Virus record (IMG/VR): IMGVR_UViG_3300044705_000115
Coordinates: 32,001 to 96,000 of that record
Source: a virus
Direction: 5' to 3' (one strand)
DNA: 64,000 nt
The notes beneath the pieces were generated by a model. It saw nothing but the letters and a program-made list of their open reading frames with translations, was not told the origin of the DNA and ran no database searches. Shown piece after piece: positions 27,213 through 36,742 of this stretch. The translations under genes were made by a program, and so were the position numbers. Position 1 is the first letter of the stretch. Each line of letters opens with the position of its first letter.

Positions 27213-30200
27213 CTACGACCGCGTCAGGACGGCATCTATCACGAGCGAGCCGTTCTCCTCGTGAGCGCCAGCGATGCGGACGCTCTGGCCGCGGTTGATC
27301 AGTACCGCGCCCGGCTCGGTCGAGTACTCGCCCATTGGCAGCGCCGGGGCGCCGGCTGGCACGAGGATGCGCATCACGGCTTTGCCGGTCTCCGCCTGGG
27401 AGGGATCGATCGAGGCGATCAGGTAGCCAGCGTCCCGCAGGCGACGGCCCCGCAGCGCTTCTGCGTCCTGGGCGCCAAGTCCCTCGATCGAAGTCGGCAC
27501 GTAGACGTAGGCGTCTTCGGGCGAGCGCACATCGCGCATCAGCGCGTCCATGACATCGACCGTCTTCGCGTGGTCGCCAGGGTCGCCGGAGCGCAGCGCC
27601 GCGTTGATGGCCTCGCCGCCATCCGCCAGGTCGCCCAGCGCGTGTTCCTCCTCGGGGTAGAGGCCGCCGGCCTTCCTCAGCCCGGCGTCGAGTTCGCGCT
27701 GTGCGTCCGCGCCCTCAGCGGGGCCGGGCAGGCCCTCGGTGCCATCGGCGATCTCCCCCATGAACGAGACCCGCGCCTTCAGGTTTTCGCGCACCCGCTC
27801 GCGCATCGCCTCATCCGCGAAGGGCGCGGCATCGACGAGCGCGTCGATCCGCTGCGGCGTCAGCCGCTCGGCGATGTCCCCAGCCTGGTCGCGGAGCATC
27901 TGGTCGTTCAGCGCCATGCGCCCAAACGCCTGCCCGCCGCCGGGCGCCCGCATCGTCCAAGCCTCGGTCGGCACCGGGCCGTAGGGCTTCGGTTTGCCCA
28001 TCGCCCGGAACTCGAAGGTGCCGCCCTGGTCGAGGCGGATCGGTTCGCCGTCCGGCCCCCAGAGGACGTTGTCCTGGTCGAGTCCGACGACATCCCAGTT
28101 GCCGAGCAGCGCATCGGCCATGAAGCCTTCCCCGAGCGGCTGGCTCTCGCCATTCCAGCGTTCGATGTCGCCGTCGCGGGCGGGGTAGGCGACGGCCGTC
28201 CAGCTCTTGCCGCCAGTGGGGAAGGCGTGCTGCTGGGCAGTGGCCTTGCCGAGCGAAGCGATCTGGCCGCTCCATGCAGAGTTCGCAGCGTCGAAGTCGG
28301 CCTTCGAGACCTCCTGATCACCGACGAAGTAGGTCTTCTTGCCATCAACCGTCTTCACTTTCGGGTCGCCCTTGGGAGGGGGTGACGGCTCCTCGACTGG
28401 CGCCTTTTTGAGGGAGCTATCGACCTGCATCTGACCGGCGTTCGGCACGTCGATCCCCAGCTCGCGGTAGACCGCGTTGGCCAGCAGCTCGCTCGCCACG
28501 CGGTCGCGGTTGCCGCGGTAGGGCTTCACCAGCCATTTGCGCCCGTCTTTGTCGGTGGCGAACTGGGCGCCGTTGGATCCGCCGGCGGGCTTGAAGTCGG
28601 TCAGCCCCGCATCCTCGGCGCTGTAGCTCGGCACGCCGAGTACTGGCGCCGGCGGTTTTTCGGCCAGGCTCATCTGCAGCGCCTTGTCCTCCTCGGCAGG
28701 CGCACGCTGCTCAGTCCCGTCGCTGGGCGCCATCTGCGGCGGCACAGCTTTGCCCAGGCGGTCGTCGGTGATGCCGTGGCGTTCGAGTACCCCGACGGTC
28801 TCGGCGTTGGCGAGGCGCTGTGGCGTCGAGTACAGCTTGCTCTCGCCGTCGGGCTTGGTGAAGCGCATCGAGCCTTTCGGCCCGCGTTTGATGTTCGAGC
28901 CGTCGGCCAGCGTGACCATCTCCGGCGCGGCACTGTTGAACGGCTCGTAAGCGGGCAGCGCCGCCATCTTGCGAAGGAGCGAGCGCCGCGGGTCCGAGTA
29001 GTGCCGCGCGTCGAAGAACTGCGGCCCTGACCCCTTCGTCAGCTTGACCGGCTCCCCAGGCGCGTTCTGCGCGGTCTCCGCAGCGATCTGCGGGGCTTCT
29101 ACCGCTCCCCCCGTGTCCGTGGGTCCATCCCCGGTCTTCGACGGCTCAGCGGCGCTGAGAACGCCCTCGGGGACTACCGGGAGCTTCGTGTCGTAGTCGG
29201 GAACCAGCGCACCGCTCTCGTCGGCGATCCCGAGCTCGTGGTCGCGCTCCCCGCGCAGAGTCGCCCGCACGCGGATGCCAGCTTCGCCGGGCGAGATGCC
29301 CTGCTGCTTGGCGAGCAGCCCGCCGAGCAGAAGTACTCGCGCCTGATGCCCCTGCCGGAAGCCCATCGTCTCCACCAGTCCGGCGCGGGCCTCGGCCGGT
29401 ACGCCCGCCTCATCGAGCAGATGCGCGAGCCGCGTGCGCTCCAGCGTGTACGCGCCTTTGGCCGTGGGGTGGTCGGGGTTGGCCTCGGCCCACTTGCTCG
29501 CGCCCTCGAACCCGTCAGCGGCGAGCCAGCGCTTGCCTTCGATCCGCCCCGTCTCCTCGGCCAGCGCCTCCTCGAGGGCGTAGCCGTCCGGCGTCGAGTA
29601 CTCCTCGGGCGTGACCGGGTTTACCCCGTGGCCGACCGCCTCGTGCGCGGCCCGGGAGTAGAGCAGGTAGCCCCGGCGCTGCGCCTCGGCGTTTTCGGGG
29701 TTGGCCCGCAGCTCGTCGAGATGGCCAGGCGCGTCCTTGCCGATCTCGCTCCTCCCGTCGAACCAGCGCAGCGCCGTGGTGTCGGGCTCGTTGGGGTTTA
29801 CGTCGATCCCCTGAAAGACCGCCTTGGCATCGTGCGCCGCGGCGGCCTCGTCGACCCCGTCCTGAACGCGACCGCGCCAGGCGTGGAAGTCCTTGGGCGG
29901 CCCGCCAGCGTGCGGATGCGTGTCCTCGTTGGCTGAGACCGGGCCGTGGCCGCCGGGCATCTTGTCCACACCGACTTCGCGCAGCCGCTTCGCCGTCTCC
30001 TCGCTCTTCGCCCATGCCCGGCGGTAGCTATCCGGCGTGTGACCGCCGGGCGGGCGCGGCACCGCCACCTTGGCCGAGCCGGCGCGGCCACGCTTCTTGG
30101 TGTTCACGGCCAGCAGGTCGCCGACGGCATCTTTCAGGTCGTGGCTGACTGCTGCGGCGAAGCCGCCGACTTTGGGCATGAACTCCCCGCCCTTGACCGT

Positions 30201-31058
30201 GCCTTTGGCGAAGCGCCGGTCGTAGGGGGCCTCGATCAGGTTCATGGCGACGCGGTGATCCTCCATCGCCTCGACTAGGCGCCGCAGTTCGTCCTCGTCG
30301 GTGACCGCCTCGCGCAACTCGGCGAAGCGTTCCTGAAGCTGGCGGGCCAGTGCGATCCCGTCCTCGGGCGGCGGAGGCGTGAAGTCGTGCGGCAGGAAGC
30401 CCTCGCTGATCGCTTCATCCAACCCGTAGAGGCGGCAGGGGCAGTTGGGGTGGCGCGGAGGGTGGATGACGTCCAGCACCGCCCACGGCCAGAACTTCCC
30501 CGCCATCACCAGGCAGTCGATCGTGTGCGACTTCACGAACGGGCTGAGCCGCCAGTAGGCGCCGAGCGGCGAGGTCCGCTTCAGCGACTCGCGCTCCTGG
30601 GCGGAGATGGAGCGGCTGAGCATCGCTTCCTGCCGCTGGCGGATGTAGCGGAACTCGCGTTCGAGCAGTACTCGCAGGGCGGCTTCGGGGTCGTTGGAGG
30701 AGAGCAGCGCCTTCGGGATGTCGCGCTCGAGCCGCGCTTCCATCTTGCGGATGAACTGCGCCCCGCGGTCGGCCTCCTCCTGGGCCAGCTTGCGCAGCAG
30801 GTCTTCTGGCTCGGCCGGGAACTGCCGGCGGAGCGTCTGCCACAGCCAGAAGATGTCGTCGGAGCCGTTCCCCCAGAACTTCCGCAGCGCCTCGATCGAA
30901 GCGGCGGTGGTGGCGGCGAGCGCGGCTGGCTCGAGGACGGCGGCCCCGGTCGCCGGGATCGCGGTCGCCGCCGCGGCGGTTGCGGCTCCTGCACCGGCCG
31001 CTCCGGCGGCCCCAGCGCCCGAGCTGCGTGGTTCTTCGGCGCGGCGAGGCTGCGGCAT
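27213..31058 (-). CDS. MuF-like head morphogenesis protein fused to zincin peptidase, HipA/PI3K-like kinase and degenerate ADP-ribosyltransferase domains
   Basis: PPRHPNCPC (MuF); AHEAVGH...LEEALAE; GGSNG..WLVK..SELLAN..DALLGNWD..N..RLDQGG; INAALR..DAGY..RILVPAG; located near the portal. Confidence 0.8.
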   Translation of the reverse strand: MPQPRRAEEPRSSGAGAAGAAGAGAATAAAATAIPATGAAVLEPAALAATTAASIEALRKFWGNGSDDIFWLWQTLRRQFPAEPEDLLRKLAQEEADRGAQFIRKMEARLERDIPKALLSSNDPEAALRVLLEREFRYIRQRQEAMLSRSISAQERESLKRTSPLGAYWRLSPFVKSHTIDCLVMAGKFWPWAVLDVIHPPRHPNCPCRLYGLDEAISEGFLPHDFTPPPPEDGIALARQLQERFAELREAVTDEDELRRLVEAMEDHRVAMNLIEAPYDRRFAKGTVKGGEFMPKVGGFAAAVSHDLKDAVGDLLAVNTKKRGRAGSAKVAVPRPPGGHTPDSYRRAWAKSEETAKRLREVGVDKMPGGHGPVSANEDTHPHAGGPPKDFHAWRGRVQDGVDEAAAAHDAKAVFQGIDVNPNEPDTTALRWFDGRSEIGKDAPGHLDELRANPENAEAQRRGYLLYSRAAHEAVGHGVNPVTPEEYSTPDGYALEEALAEETGRIEGKRWLAADGFEGASKWAEANPDHPTAKGAYTLERTRLAHLLDEAGVPAEARAGLVETMGFRQGHQARVLLLGGLLAKQQGISPGEAGIRVRATLRGERDHELGIADESGALVPDYDTKLPVVPEGVLSAAEPSKTGDGPTDTGGAVEAPQIAAETAQNAPGEPVKLTKGSGPQFFDARHYSDPRRSLLRKMAALPAYEPFNSAAPEMVTLADGSNIKRGPKGSMRFTKPDGESKLYSTPQRLANAETVGVLERHGITDDRLGKAVPPQMAPSDGTEQRAPAEEDKALQMSLAEKPPAPVLGVPSYSAEDAGLTDFKPAGGSNGAQFATDKDGRKWLVKPYRGNRDRVASELLANAVYRELGIDVPNAGQMQVDSSLKKAPVEEPSPPPKGDPKVKTVDGKKTYFVGDQEVSKADFDAANSAWSGQIASLGKATAQQHAFPTGGKSWTAVAYPARDGDIERWNGESQPLGEGFMADALLGNWDVVGLDQDNVLWGPDGEPIRLDQGGTFEFRAMGKPKPYGPVPTEAWTMRAPGGGQAFGRMALNDQMLRDQAGDIAERLTPQRIDALVDAAPFADEAMRERVRENLKARVSFMGEIADGTEGLPGPAEGADAQRELDAGLRKAGGLYPEEEHALGDLADGGEAINAALRSGDPGDHAKTVDVMDALMRDVRSPEDAYVYVPTSIEGLGAQDAEALRGRRLRDAGYLIASIDPSQAETGKAVMRILVPAGAPALPMGEYSTEPGAVLINRGQSVRIAGAHEENGSLVIDAVLTRS

Positions 31059-31094
31059 CGCAGCAGAGGATAGGCGCGGGGGCGGGCTCTTACC

Positions 31095-31295
31095 TCAGCC
31101 GCACGCTACGCAGAGTACATCCGAGCGCAGTGGCGAGGCGCATCGCTTGCAGACGCCGTAGTCCGGCTTGCAGTCCGGGCAGAGCCATTCGCTGTTCTCG
31201 ACTCGGGCGCAGATGCCGCAGACCGGGCGCTGGCAACCGAAGCAACGGAATGCCTCGTCGTGGTCCTCGCCGTCGCCCTCGCGGTGACAGATCAC
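31095..31295 (-). CDS. multi zinc-finger protein
   Basis: Five CxxC pairs in 66 aa. Confidence 0.55.
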   Translation of the reverse strand: MICHREGDGEDHDEAFRCFGCQRPVCGICARVENSEWLCPDCKPDYGVCKRCASPLRSDVLCVACG

Positions 31296-31582
31296 ACAGG
31301 GTCGCCCTTCCAGTCCGTCCCCTCGACGGGCCGCAGGTCTGTGCTGGCCTTCGCCGCGCATCCGGCACACCAGATGTGGTAGCGGCGGTGCGGTTTGGCG
31401 ATCAGGTACGGCTCGCCCTCGGCGAGTCCCTTCAACTCGACGCTCGGTGGCAGTTTCGCGTAAGAGCCGCAGAGCGTCGGGAGCATGGCGCGGCTGTTGC
31501 GCCGCCCGGCGAAGCTTGGACTGCCGAAATAGGCCGGGTCGGACGGGAGGTGGATGACGATGGGGTCATCCACTGGGCGCAC
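31292..31582 (-). CDS. hypothetical protein
   Basis: Coupled ORF with LCG...CxxC. Confidence 0.5.
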   Translation of the reverse strand: MRPVDDPIVIHLPSDPAYFGSPSFAGRRNSRAMLPTLCGSYAKLPPSVELKGLAEGEPYLIAKPHRRYHIWCAGCAAKASTDLRPVEGTDWKGDPV

Positions 31583-31826
31583 ACCTCGGGCAGAACTCGC
31601 CGCGCTCGTTGGTGGTCCAGCCCTCCGGCAGCGCTGGCTCGCTGACGCGCTTGATGGAGCCGCAGGAATCGCACATCACGCTCATCGTCTCGGAGCCCGC
31701 GCCGGCGCCGCGGCGAATCGCCTCGGCTCGCATAGAGGCGAAGCGCTCCTCAACCGTCTCCTCGCCGGTCGCCTTCATCTCGATGGTGCCAGTGTCTAAG
31801 TGGAGGATGTTTCGCTTGGTCGGCAT
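31566..31826 (-). CDS. zinc-ribbon protein
   Basis: Leaderless start after TAGGAT; CDSCG...GW...FCPRC. Confidence 0.6.
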   Translation of the reverse strand: MPTKRNILHLDTGTIEMKATGEETVEERFASMRAEAIRRGAGAGSETMSVMCDSCGSIKRVSEPALPEGWTTNERGEFCPRCAPSG

Positions 31827-31941
31827 CGCGCTATCCTAGCCGCCATGCTCCTCAGCTACGGAACCCGGCCCCGCTCCGAGAGCGCTCCCGGCCCGCTGGA
31901 ACGCTAGCGCGGCTCGACCGCGCTTCCTCAGCAGTACTCAT

Positions 31942-32036
31942 GCGTCCGTAGCTCAGATCGGTTAGAGGCACGGCAACGTGTCCAGAGCGTCGCCCTTTCA
32001 AGGCGAAGGTCGCGGGTTCGACTCCCGTCGGGCGCA
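31942..32036 (+). tRNA. tRNA-Glu(TTC) with 20-nt D-arm insertion
   Basis: GCGTCCG/CGGGCGC acceptor, TCGCC-CTTTCAA-GGCGA, GGTTCGACTCC; extra GGCACG-GCAA-CGTGTC hairpin. Confidence 0.8.
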
Positions 32037-32071
32037 CTATCCTTCCTTCTCCCGACCAAGGAGGAAGACGA

Positions 32072-32566
32072 ATGAGCGAGCAGTACCGCAGCTACACCGA
32101 GAAGGCCAAACTCTTCGCGGCGACGCTCTATGACGGCAGAGAGGGCGAGGATGACCCGCTGCCCCACGCCATGATGATCACCGACGACGGCGAGGTCTCG
32201 ATGTTCGCCATCGACGGCGCCTTCATGGCCAGCGCAATCAGCAAGAGCTTCATGGTCGCGGCCATCGCCCATGATGTGGAGAAGCACAAACCGGCCTTCT
32301 TCGCTTGGCTCATACCGATCTGGGCAATTCAGGGTCACCCCAGCGATGAGCCGCCAGCGCCGGACTTCTCCAAAGACCCGCGACGGCGCGAGTACATCCA
32401 GGTCATGACCTTCAGCCCAGAGCAGGCTGAGGTCTGGATCGCCGAGATCAAACGTGACCCAGTGCGCCTTGAGCCGTGGAATGCAGACAACGGCGGCAAG
32501 GCTGAGACCAAATTCGATGGACGCTTCGCCGACCCGATCATCGAGTCGATTAGCCGCAGCAGTTAG
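32072..32566 (+). CDS. hypothetical protein
   Basis: TATCCT -10 and CCGACCAAGGAGG leader on the plus strand. Confidence 0.75.
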   Translation: MSEQYRSYTEKAKLFAATLYDGREGEDDPLPHAMMITDDGEVSMFAIDGAFMASAISKSFMVAAIAHDVEKHKPAFFAWLIPIWAIQGHPSDEPPAPDFSKDPRRREYIQVMTFSPEQAEVWIAEIKRDPVRLEPWNADNGGKAETKFDGRFADPIIESISRSS

Positions 32567-32793
32567 GCTCGCCTGCGGGCGATGGTGTAGCCGCGCAAGG
32601 TGGAACTGGGCTTGGCGGCCCAGCACACGAAGCGTCATCGGTCGGGCCAGATGTGAGGCGCTGGGCGTCGATCTGCTGGCACAGCCACCGACCGGAGCGG
32701 CAACCTAGCCCCTTCTTCGTCCGCAGCATGTAGCTTGCGAATCTGCTCGGTGGTGGCCCATACTCCCGCCCGCCGCCACCGAGCAAAAACCTA

Positions 32794-32866
32794 CCCGCCC
32801 GGCAGGACTCGAACCTGCGATCTACGGCTTCGGAAGCCGTCGTCTTCTCCTCTGGACCACGGGCGG
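32794..32866 (-). tRNA. tRNA-Arg(CCG)
   Basis: Cloverleaf with ACGGC-TTCCGAA-GCCGT and TTCGAGT T-loop. Confidence 0.85.
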
Positions 32867-32945
32867 AGAAGAGGGATTGCCAACCGCCGGACTAGTCGCT
32901 CATCCCTCAAAGGCGGGACTTTTCTCTGTAGCGGCGGCAATCCCA

Positions 32946-33018
32946 AGCGCCCGGTGGGACTCGAACCCACATCATCCCGACTTAGGAGGTCGGTGCTGGT
33001 CCTTTCAGCTACGGGCGC
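32946..33018 (-). tRNA. tRNA-Arg(CCT)
   Basis: Cloverleaf with CCGAC-CTCCTAA-GTCGG. Confidence 0.85.
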
Positions 33019-33276
33019 AGGAACTACGCGGCGATGTCGGCTGGCTCGCCAGCCCTCTGCCGTCGTCTCTCCATCGCCTGTGCCTCGGGTGCGCCGAACC
33101 CAGCGCAGTCGCCATAGCGCAGCCGGTCGAAGTCGATCGGAGCGAGGTCCGCCTCGGCGCCATGCTCGCGGCCTTCGTCACGGCGCTGCCGAGCGGTCAC
33201 GGGCTTGCCAGCCATGCGCTGTTCGGCGCGGCGGTTGACGCCTTCGACTCGGTGCTGATGGCGGATGCGCTTCATA

Positions 33277-33351
33277 TGCCCAATCGAGGACTCGAACCTC
33301 GGCTGACCCGGTATGTAACACCGGCGCTCTCCCAAACTGAGCTAATCGGGC
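33277..33351 (-). tRNA. tRNA-Val(TAC)
   Basis: Cloverleaf with CCGGT-GTTACAT-ACCGG, A73. Confidence 0.85.
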
Positions 33352-33440
33352 GGGTCGCCTTCGATACCCCGATGGTCCCCGAAGGGAGCCAGTACCGAAG
33401 GCGAAGGCGAGTGTAGCCGCTGCACGGCTAACTGTGTGAG

Positions 33441-33512
33441 CGCCCCCGGCAGGAATCGAACCTGCGATGTGGGCTTCGTAGACCCATGCCTTGTCCTCTT
33501 GGCTACGGAGGC
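33441..33512 (-). tRNA. tRNA-Arg(ACG)
   Basis: Cloverleaf with TGGGT-CTACGAA-GCCCA and TTCGATT T-loop. Confidence 0.85.
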
Positions 33513-33742
33513 TGAGCGAGGATAGCGGGCGACGAAAGGACGAGCAAACGCCGCCCGCCTGCTGCACTATGCCTTAGCGCTCGGCCGCCAGGATCAGCTT
33601 GTGAAGCACGCCGAGCAGCCCGTGCCACGCAGCCTTGTCGCCACCGCCCAGCGCCGCGCCGAACTCCTCTGAGACCGGCATCTCGATCCGGTACCACATG
33701 CGGCTTCCTTCCTGCGGTGGCGCGAAGACGTAGATCGTGCGC

Positions 33743-34003
33743 CTAGTCGCCTGATCGCTCATCGGCCAGGAAGACGCCTAGGACGGCGCCGATCATGCAC
33801 CAGGAAATGCAGGACTCGTCGTCCGTGAGTTGGGCGATGCGACGCCGCAGCTCATCGTGTTCCCGCTGGCTGAGGCCCGCGCCCTGAGCGAGCAGCGCCA
33901 CCGCCTCTTCGACCTCGCCCTTCGGCCGGCCAGCAGAGACATGGATGAAGTCCTCGATCCGGCGGATCGCCTCTCGAACGTGCTTGGCATCCTCAATCGC
34001 CAA
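33743..34003 (-). CDS. hypothetical protein
   Basis: Coupled ORF. Confidence 0.55.
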   Translation of the reverse strand: MAIEDAKHVREAIRRIEDFIHVSAGRPKGEVEEAVALLAQGAGLSQREHDELRRRIAQLTDDESCISWCMIGAVLGVFLADERSGD

Positions 34004-34322
34004 CCGCGCTCGCCCTTGCGGTTACCTGACCCTCGGCGATCCCGACTTTTTCCTCGGACTCCCATCGGTAGGGCCAAACGCCCGATCCATCCACGCTGAG
34101 GTCAACGTGGTAGGCGCCAGCCGCCGAGCGAACAACCTCGGAGTCGGTGCCGTAGGCCAGCGTTTTGCGGGCCTCGCCAGGCGGCACGAACAGGAAGCGG
34201 ACCACTGGCGGGTCAACCGCAGCGCCGCTCGCCAGGTCGGTGAAGACGCACGAGATACGCACCAGCTCGCCCTCGGCGACAGGCGTGCGCGGCGAAGTTG
34301 CCTCAGCCCTGATCGCTTCCAT
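33993..34322 (-). CDS. small beta-sandwich (BppU-like) virion protein
   Basis: G..VDP...F...P.G...G.Y..D....G.W.YRW pattern; directly downstream of the portal. Confidence 0.55.
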   Translation of the reverse strand: MEAIRAEATSPRTPVAEGELVRISCVFTDLASGAAVDPPVVRFLFVPPGEARKTLAYGTDSEVVRSAAGAYHVDLSVDGSGVWPYRWESEEKVGIAEGQVTARASAVGD

Positions 34323-36447
34323 TGCCGTTCGCCTGGGTGAACCGCTTCAGCGCTTCCTCGGCGGCGGAGATGACCTCGACGCCGAAGCGCTGCTCAAGCT
34401 CATCGACCCGCTCGTTGCTGGCGTCCTGGGCGGCTGCCGGGAGCTGGGCGAAGTTGGCCTCCGCCAGGCGCCGGGCCTCCGGCACGACAGCGGGGACGGG
34501 GCGCAGGAACATGGGGATCCCTCCGCGGCCGAGAACGATGGACTCGGCGAGCATCGAGCCATAGGGCCGTTTCGCCGCTTCCTCCGGCGTCTGGGATTTC
34601 ATCCGGCCCCCATAGGGGTTTTCGGCCCCTTCTTCTTCGCCGCCGCCTTCGCCAGTGCCGGGTTCTGCGCCGGGCGGCGGTTCGCGCTGCGCCGCCATGG
34701 CGGCCGCGAGCGCGGGGTCTTCGTAGCCCGGCGGGAAGACGCGCTCGACGATCGCCTGGGCGTCTTCGACCTCGAGGCCATCGGTGAGCGCGACGCCGAG
34801 CAGGACGCGGCTGAGCTCGGTGTTGGTGCCGTTGGGATCGAAGGTCTTGGCGATCCCTTCCACGGCCGTTACCAGTTCGCCCAGCATCCGACGCAGCGGC
34901 GAGGGCATCGACAGCTCGTAGGACAGGTCGCGCTCGGTGTCTTCTTCGTCTTCGACCGCCTCGGCATGGGCTTCGGTCAGCGACAGGTTGCCCTGCTGCT
35001 GAGGCGGGCCGCCAGGTGCCGCCATCTGCGCCTGCGCCTGGGCCGCCTGTGCCGCAGCGCCTTCGCGCTTGGCCTTCTTGGCTTCCTCCTCTTCGCGCTT
35101 CTTGGCGATCTCCTCAGCATCGAGTTCTTTGCTGATCTTGCCCGCATCGACGGCCCGCTGGATCACGCGGTCGGTAAACCAGCGGAAAAGTCCCTCGAAG
35201 ACCTCCTGCCGTCCTTCAACGGTCTTCAGCACGGGAAGCTCCATCGAGGTCGCGGTGGCCAGGTTGGCCGATCCGGCGTCGCCCAAGTAGTGCTGCGGGA
35301 AGTGGGTGGCGGCGCTGATCTGCGAGCGGATCATCTGGCCGTCGGTCTCGGCGTTGCCCGCGCCCGAGTCGAGCTTGAACGGTTCCATCGTGACCGTGTC
35401 GTTCTCGTTGAGGATGCTGGCCGCCTTGGGGCCGGGCGGCACTTCTGCCAGCCGGTCACGATCGACTGCGGCGCCAAGGGTCGAGCGGCGCGAGAGCGCT
35501 TTCATCGCCATGCGCTCGATCTGGTTCGGCGTCCCCTGCGCCTTCCGTTTCATGATCAGCGCCGCGGCGGCCCGGGCCATGTCCACCCGCGCCTCCATGA
35601 AGTTGTTGTAGGCGGTGAACCAGCGCAGCGTCCGGTCCATCACCGGATGGCCGAAGCCAGCCTCGGTGGTCTTGTTGACGTAGAGGTGGAAGACCTTGCC
35701 CTTGCCGGTCTTCGCCGGCGGCGCTTTTTCGAGGGCGGCGCCGCGCTCTTCCTCGGCGACTTCGACATTCTCCCAGTGTTCGTAGTAGCGCACCGGCCGG
35801 TTCTGGATGATGTCGCGGTCGCGTTCGAGCTCGACTTTCGCCTGGTCGTTGACGAAATCCCATTTGACGATCTTGCGCCGGGCGACGTAGTAGAGGATGC
35901 GCTGCCGGAACTCCTCGTCCCGCACCACGTTCTCAACGGCGTCGTGTTCGAGGATGCCGACTTTGACCTTGCCGTCGGCGCCGTCGTCGAAGAGCAGGAA
36001 GAAGATGTTGCTCTGGGTCGAGAGATCGACGCCGAGCGCCATCTGCGCTGCGTAGGTGGTCAGGATGAGCTTGTTGTCTGGGTCGTCCCAGGCTTCATCC
36101 ACGATCTCCTGCACCTTGGGGTCAGCGCACTTCGGCTTCGGCACGCCGCGGCCGAAGGTGAAGTCGTTGAGGAGATCGACGGCGCCACCAGCCTGCGGGT
36201 CTTTCTGCCATGCGACGCGGCTCCGCTGCGCGAGTTTGCGGCGCTCGACCGCCTGCAGGTCTTGCTCGTTGCCGCCGAAGTAGTCCAGCGCGGAGTAGGC
36301 CAGCAGATCCATTTCGCGCTGCATCGCGCGGCGCTCGACATCGCTGGCCTCGAGCAGCGCCAGCTCATCTCCGCGGCGCAGCGTGTAGCCGGTGCGCTCT
36401 TCGGCGGCCTCGCGCAGACGGTTGAGTGCGCCGCCTTCCCTAGCCAC
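34303..36447 (-). CDS. phage portal protein
   Basis: 714 aa downstream of TerL; PQHYLGD...NLATATSMELP...E.RQ motif. Confidence 0.8.
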   Translation of the reverse strand: MAREGGALNRLREAAEERTGYTLRRGDELALLEASDVERRAMQREMDLLAYSALDYFGGNEQDLQAVERRKLAQRSRVAWQKDPQAGGAVDLLNDFTFGRGVPKPKCADPKVQEIVDEAWDDPDNKLILTTYAAQMALGVDLSTQSNIFFLLFDDGADGKVKVGILEHDAVENVVRDEEFRQRILYYVARRKIVKWDFVNDQAKVELERDRDIIQNRPVRYYEHWENVEVAEEERGAALEKAPPAKTGKGKVFHLYVNKTTEAGFGHPVMDRTLRWFTAYNNFMEARVDMARAAAALIMKRKAQGTPNQIERMAMKALSRRSTLGAAVDRDRLAEVPPGPKAASILNENDTVTMEPFKLDSGAGNAETDGQMIRSQISAATHFPQHYLGDAGSANLATATSMELPVLKTVEGRQEVFEGLFRWFTDRVIQRAVDAGKISKELDAEEIAKKREEEEAKKAKREGAAAQAAQAQAQMAAPGGPPQQQGNLSLTEAHAEAVEDEEDTERDLSYELSMPSPLRRMLGELVTAVEGIAKTFDPNGTNTELSRVLLGVALTDGLEVEDAQAIVERVFPPGYEDPALAAAMAAQREPPPGAEPGTGEGGGEEEGAENPYGGRMKSQTPEEAAKRPYGSMLAESIVLGRGGIPMFLRPVPAVVPEARRLAEANFAQLPAAAQDASNERVDELEQRFGVEVISAAEEALKRFTQANGNGSDQG

Positions 36448-36742
36448 CGGAGGTCACTGCCTGCCGCTTGACGCGCCGGCCGACGCCATCGGCGCCCTGC
36501 TCGGCGAGGTCTGTGAGGATGCTCGCCGCCTCCTTGAAAGCGGTCATCGCTGGCTCGTCATCGACGAGGTTCGCGGCCGCCAGCAAGCCCGCAGCGTGCA
36601 TCTCCAAGAGCGCCTGCCGCGAGCTGGCCTTGACGCCCTTCTCGTAGCCAAGCCGTTCCCCTTCTTCGCATCCCTGGTCACGGGCCTGTTTGAGAACCTT
36701 GCGGGCGTCCGCCGCGATCTGCCGCTGCGCCTCAGTCGCCAC
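36440..36742 (-). CDS. hypothetical protein
   Basis: GAGGAGG RBS. Confidence 0.55.
   Translation of the reverse strand: MATEAQRQIAADARKVLKQARDQGCEEGERLGYEKGVKASSRQALLEMHAAGLLAAANLVDDEPAMTAFKEAASILTDLAEQGADGVGRRVKRQAVTSGG

Noticed and set aside
31830-31866. tRNA-like fragment GGGTTCCGTAGCTGAGGAGC on the minus strand
   Set aside because: No anticodon or T arm; better explained as the promoter region of 31566-31826
32745-32790. Terminator after tRNA-Arg(CCG)
   Set aside because: The hairpin is real but the T-run lies on the wrong side for either strand
33355-33440. Theta/HDV-like ribozyme in tRNA 3' trailers
   Set aside because: The nested double-pseudoknot elements could not be identified by eye; only simple hairpins were found
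34165-36471. Long plus-strand ORFs (also 52950-55097, 55974-57767, 62681-63898, 22355-23836)
   Set aside because: Antisense shadows of real minus-strand genes, expected in high-GC DNA; no motifs or RBS
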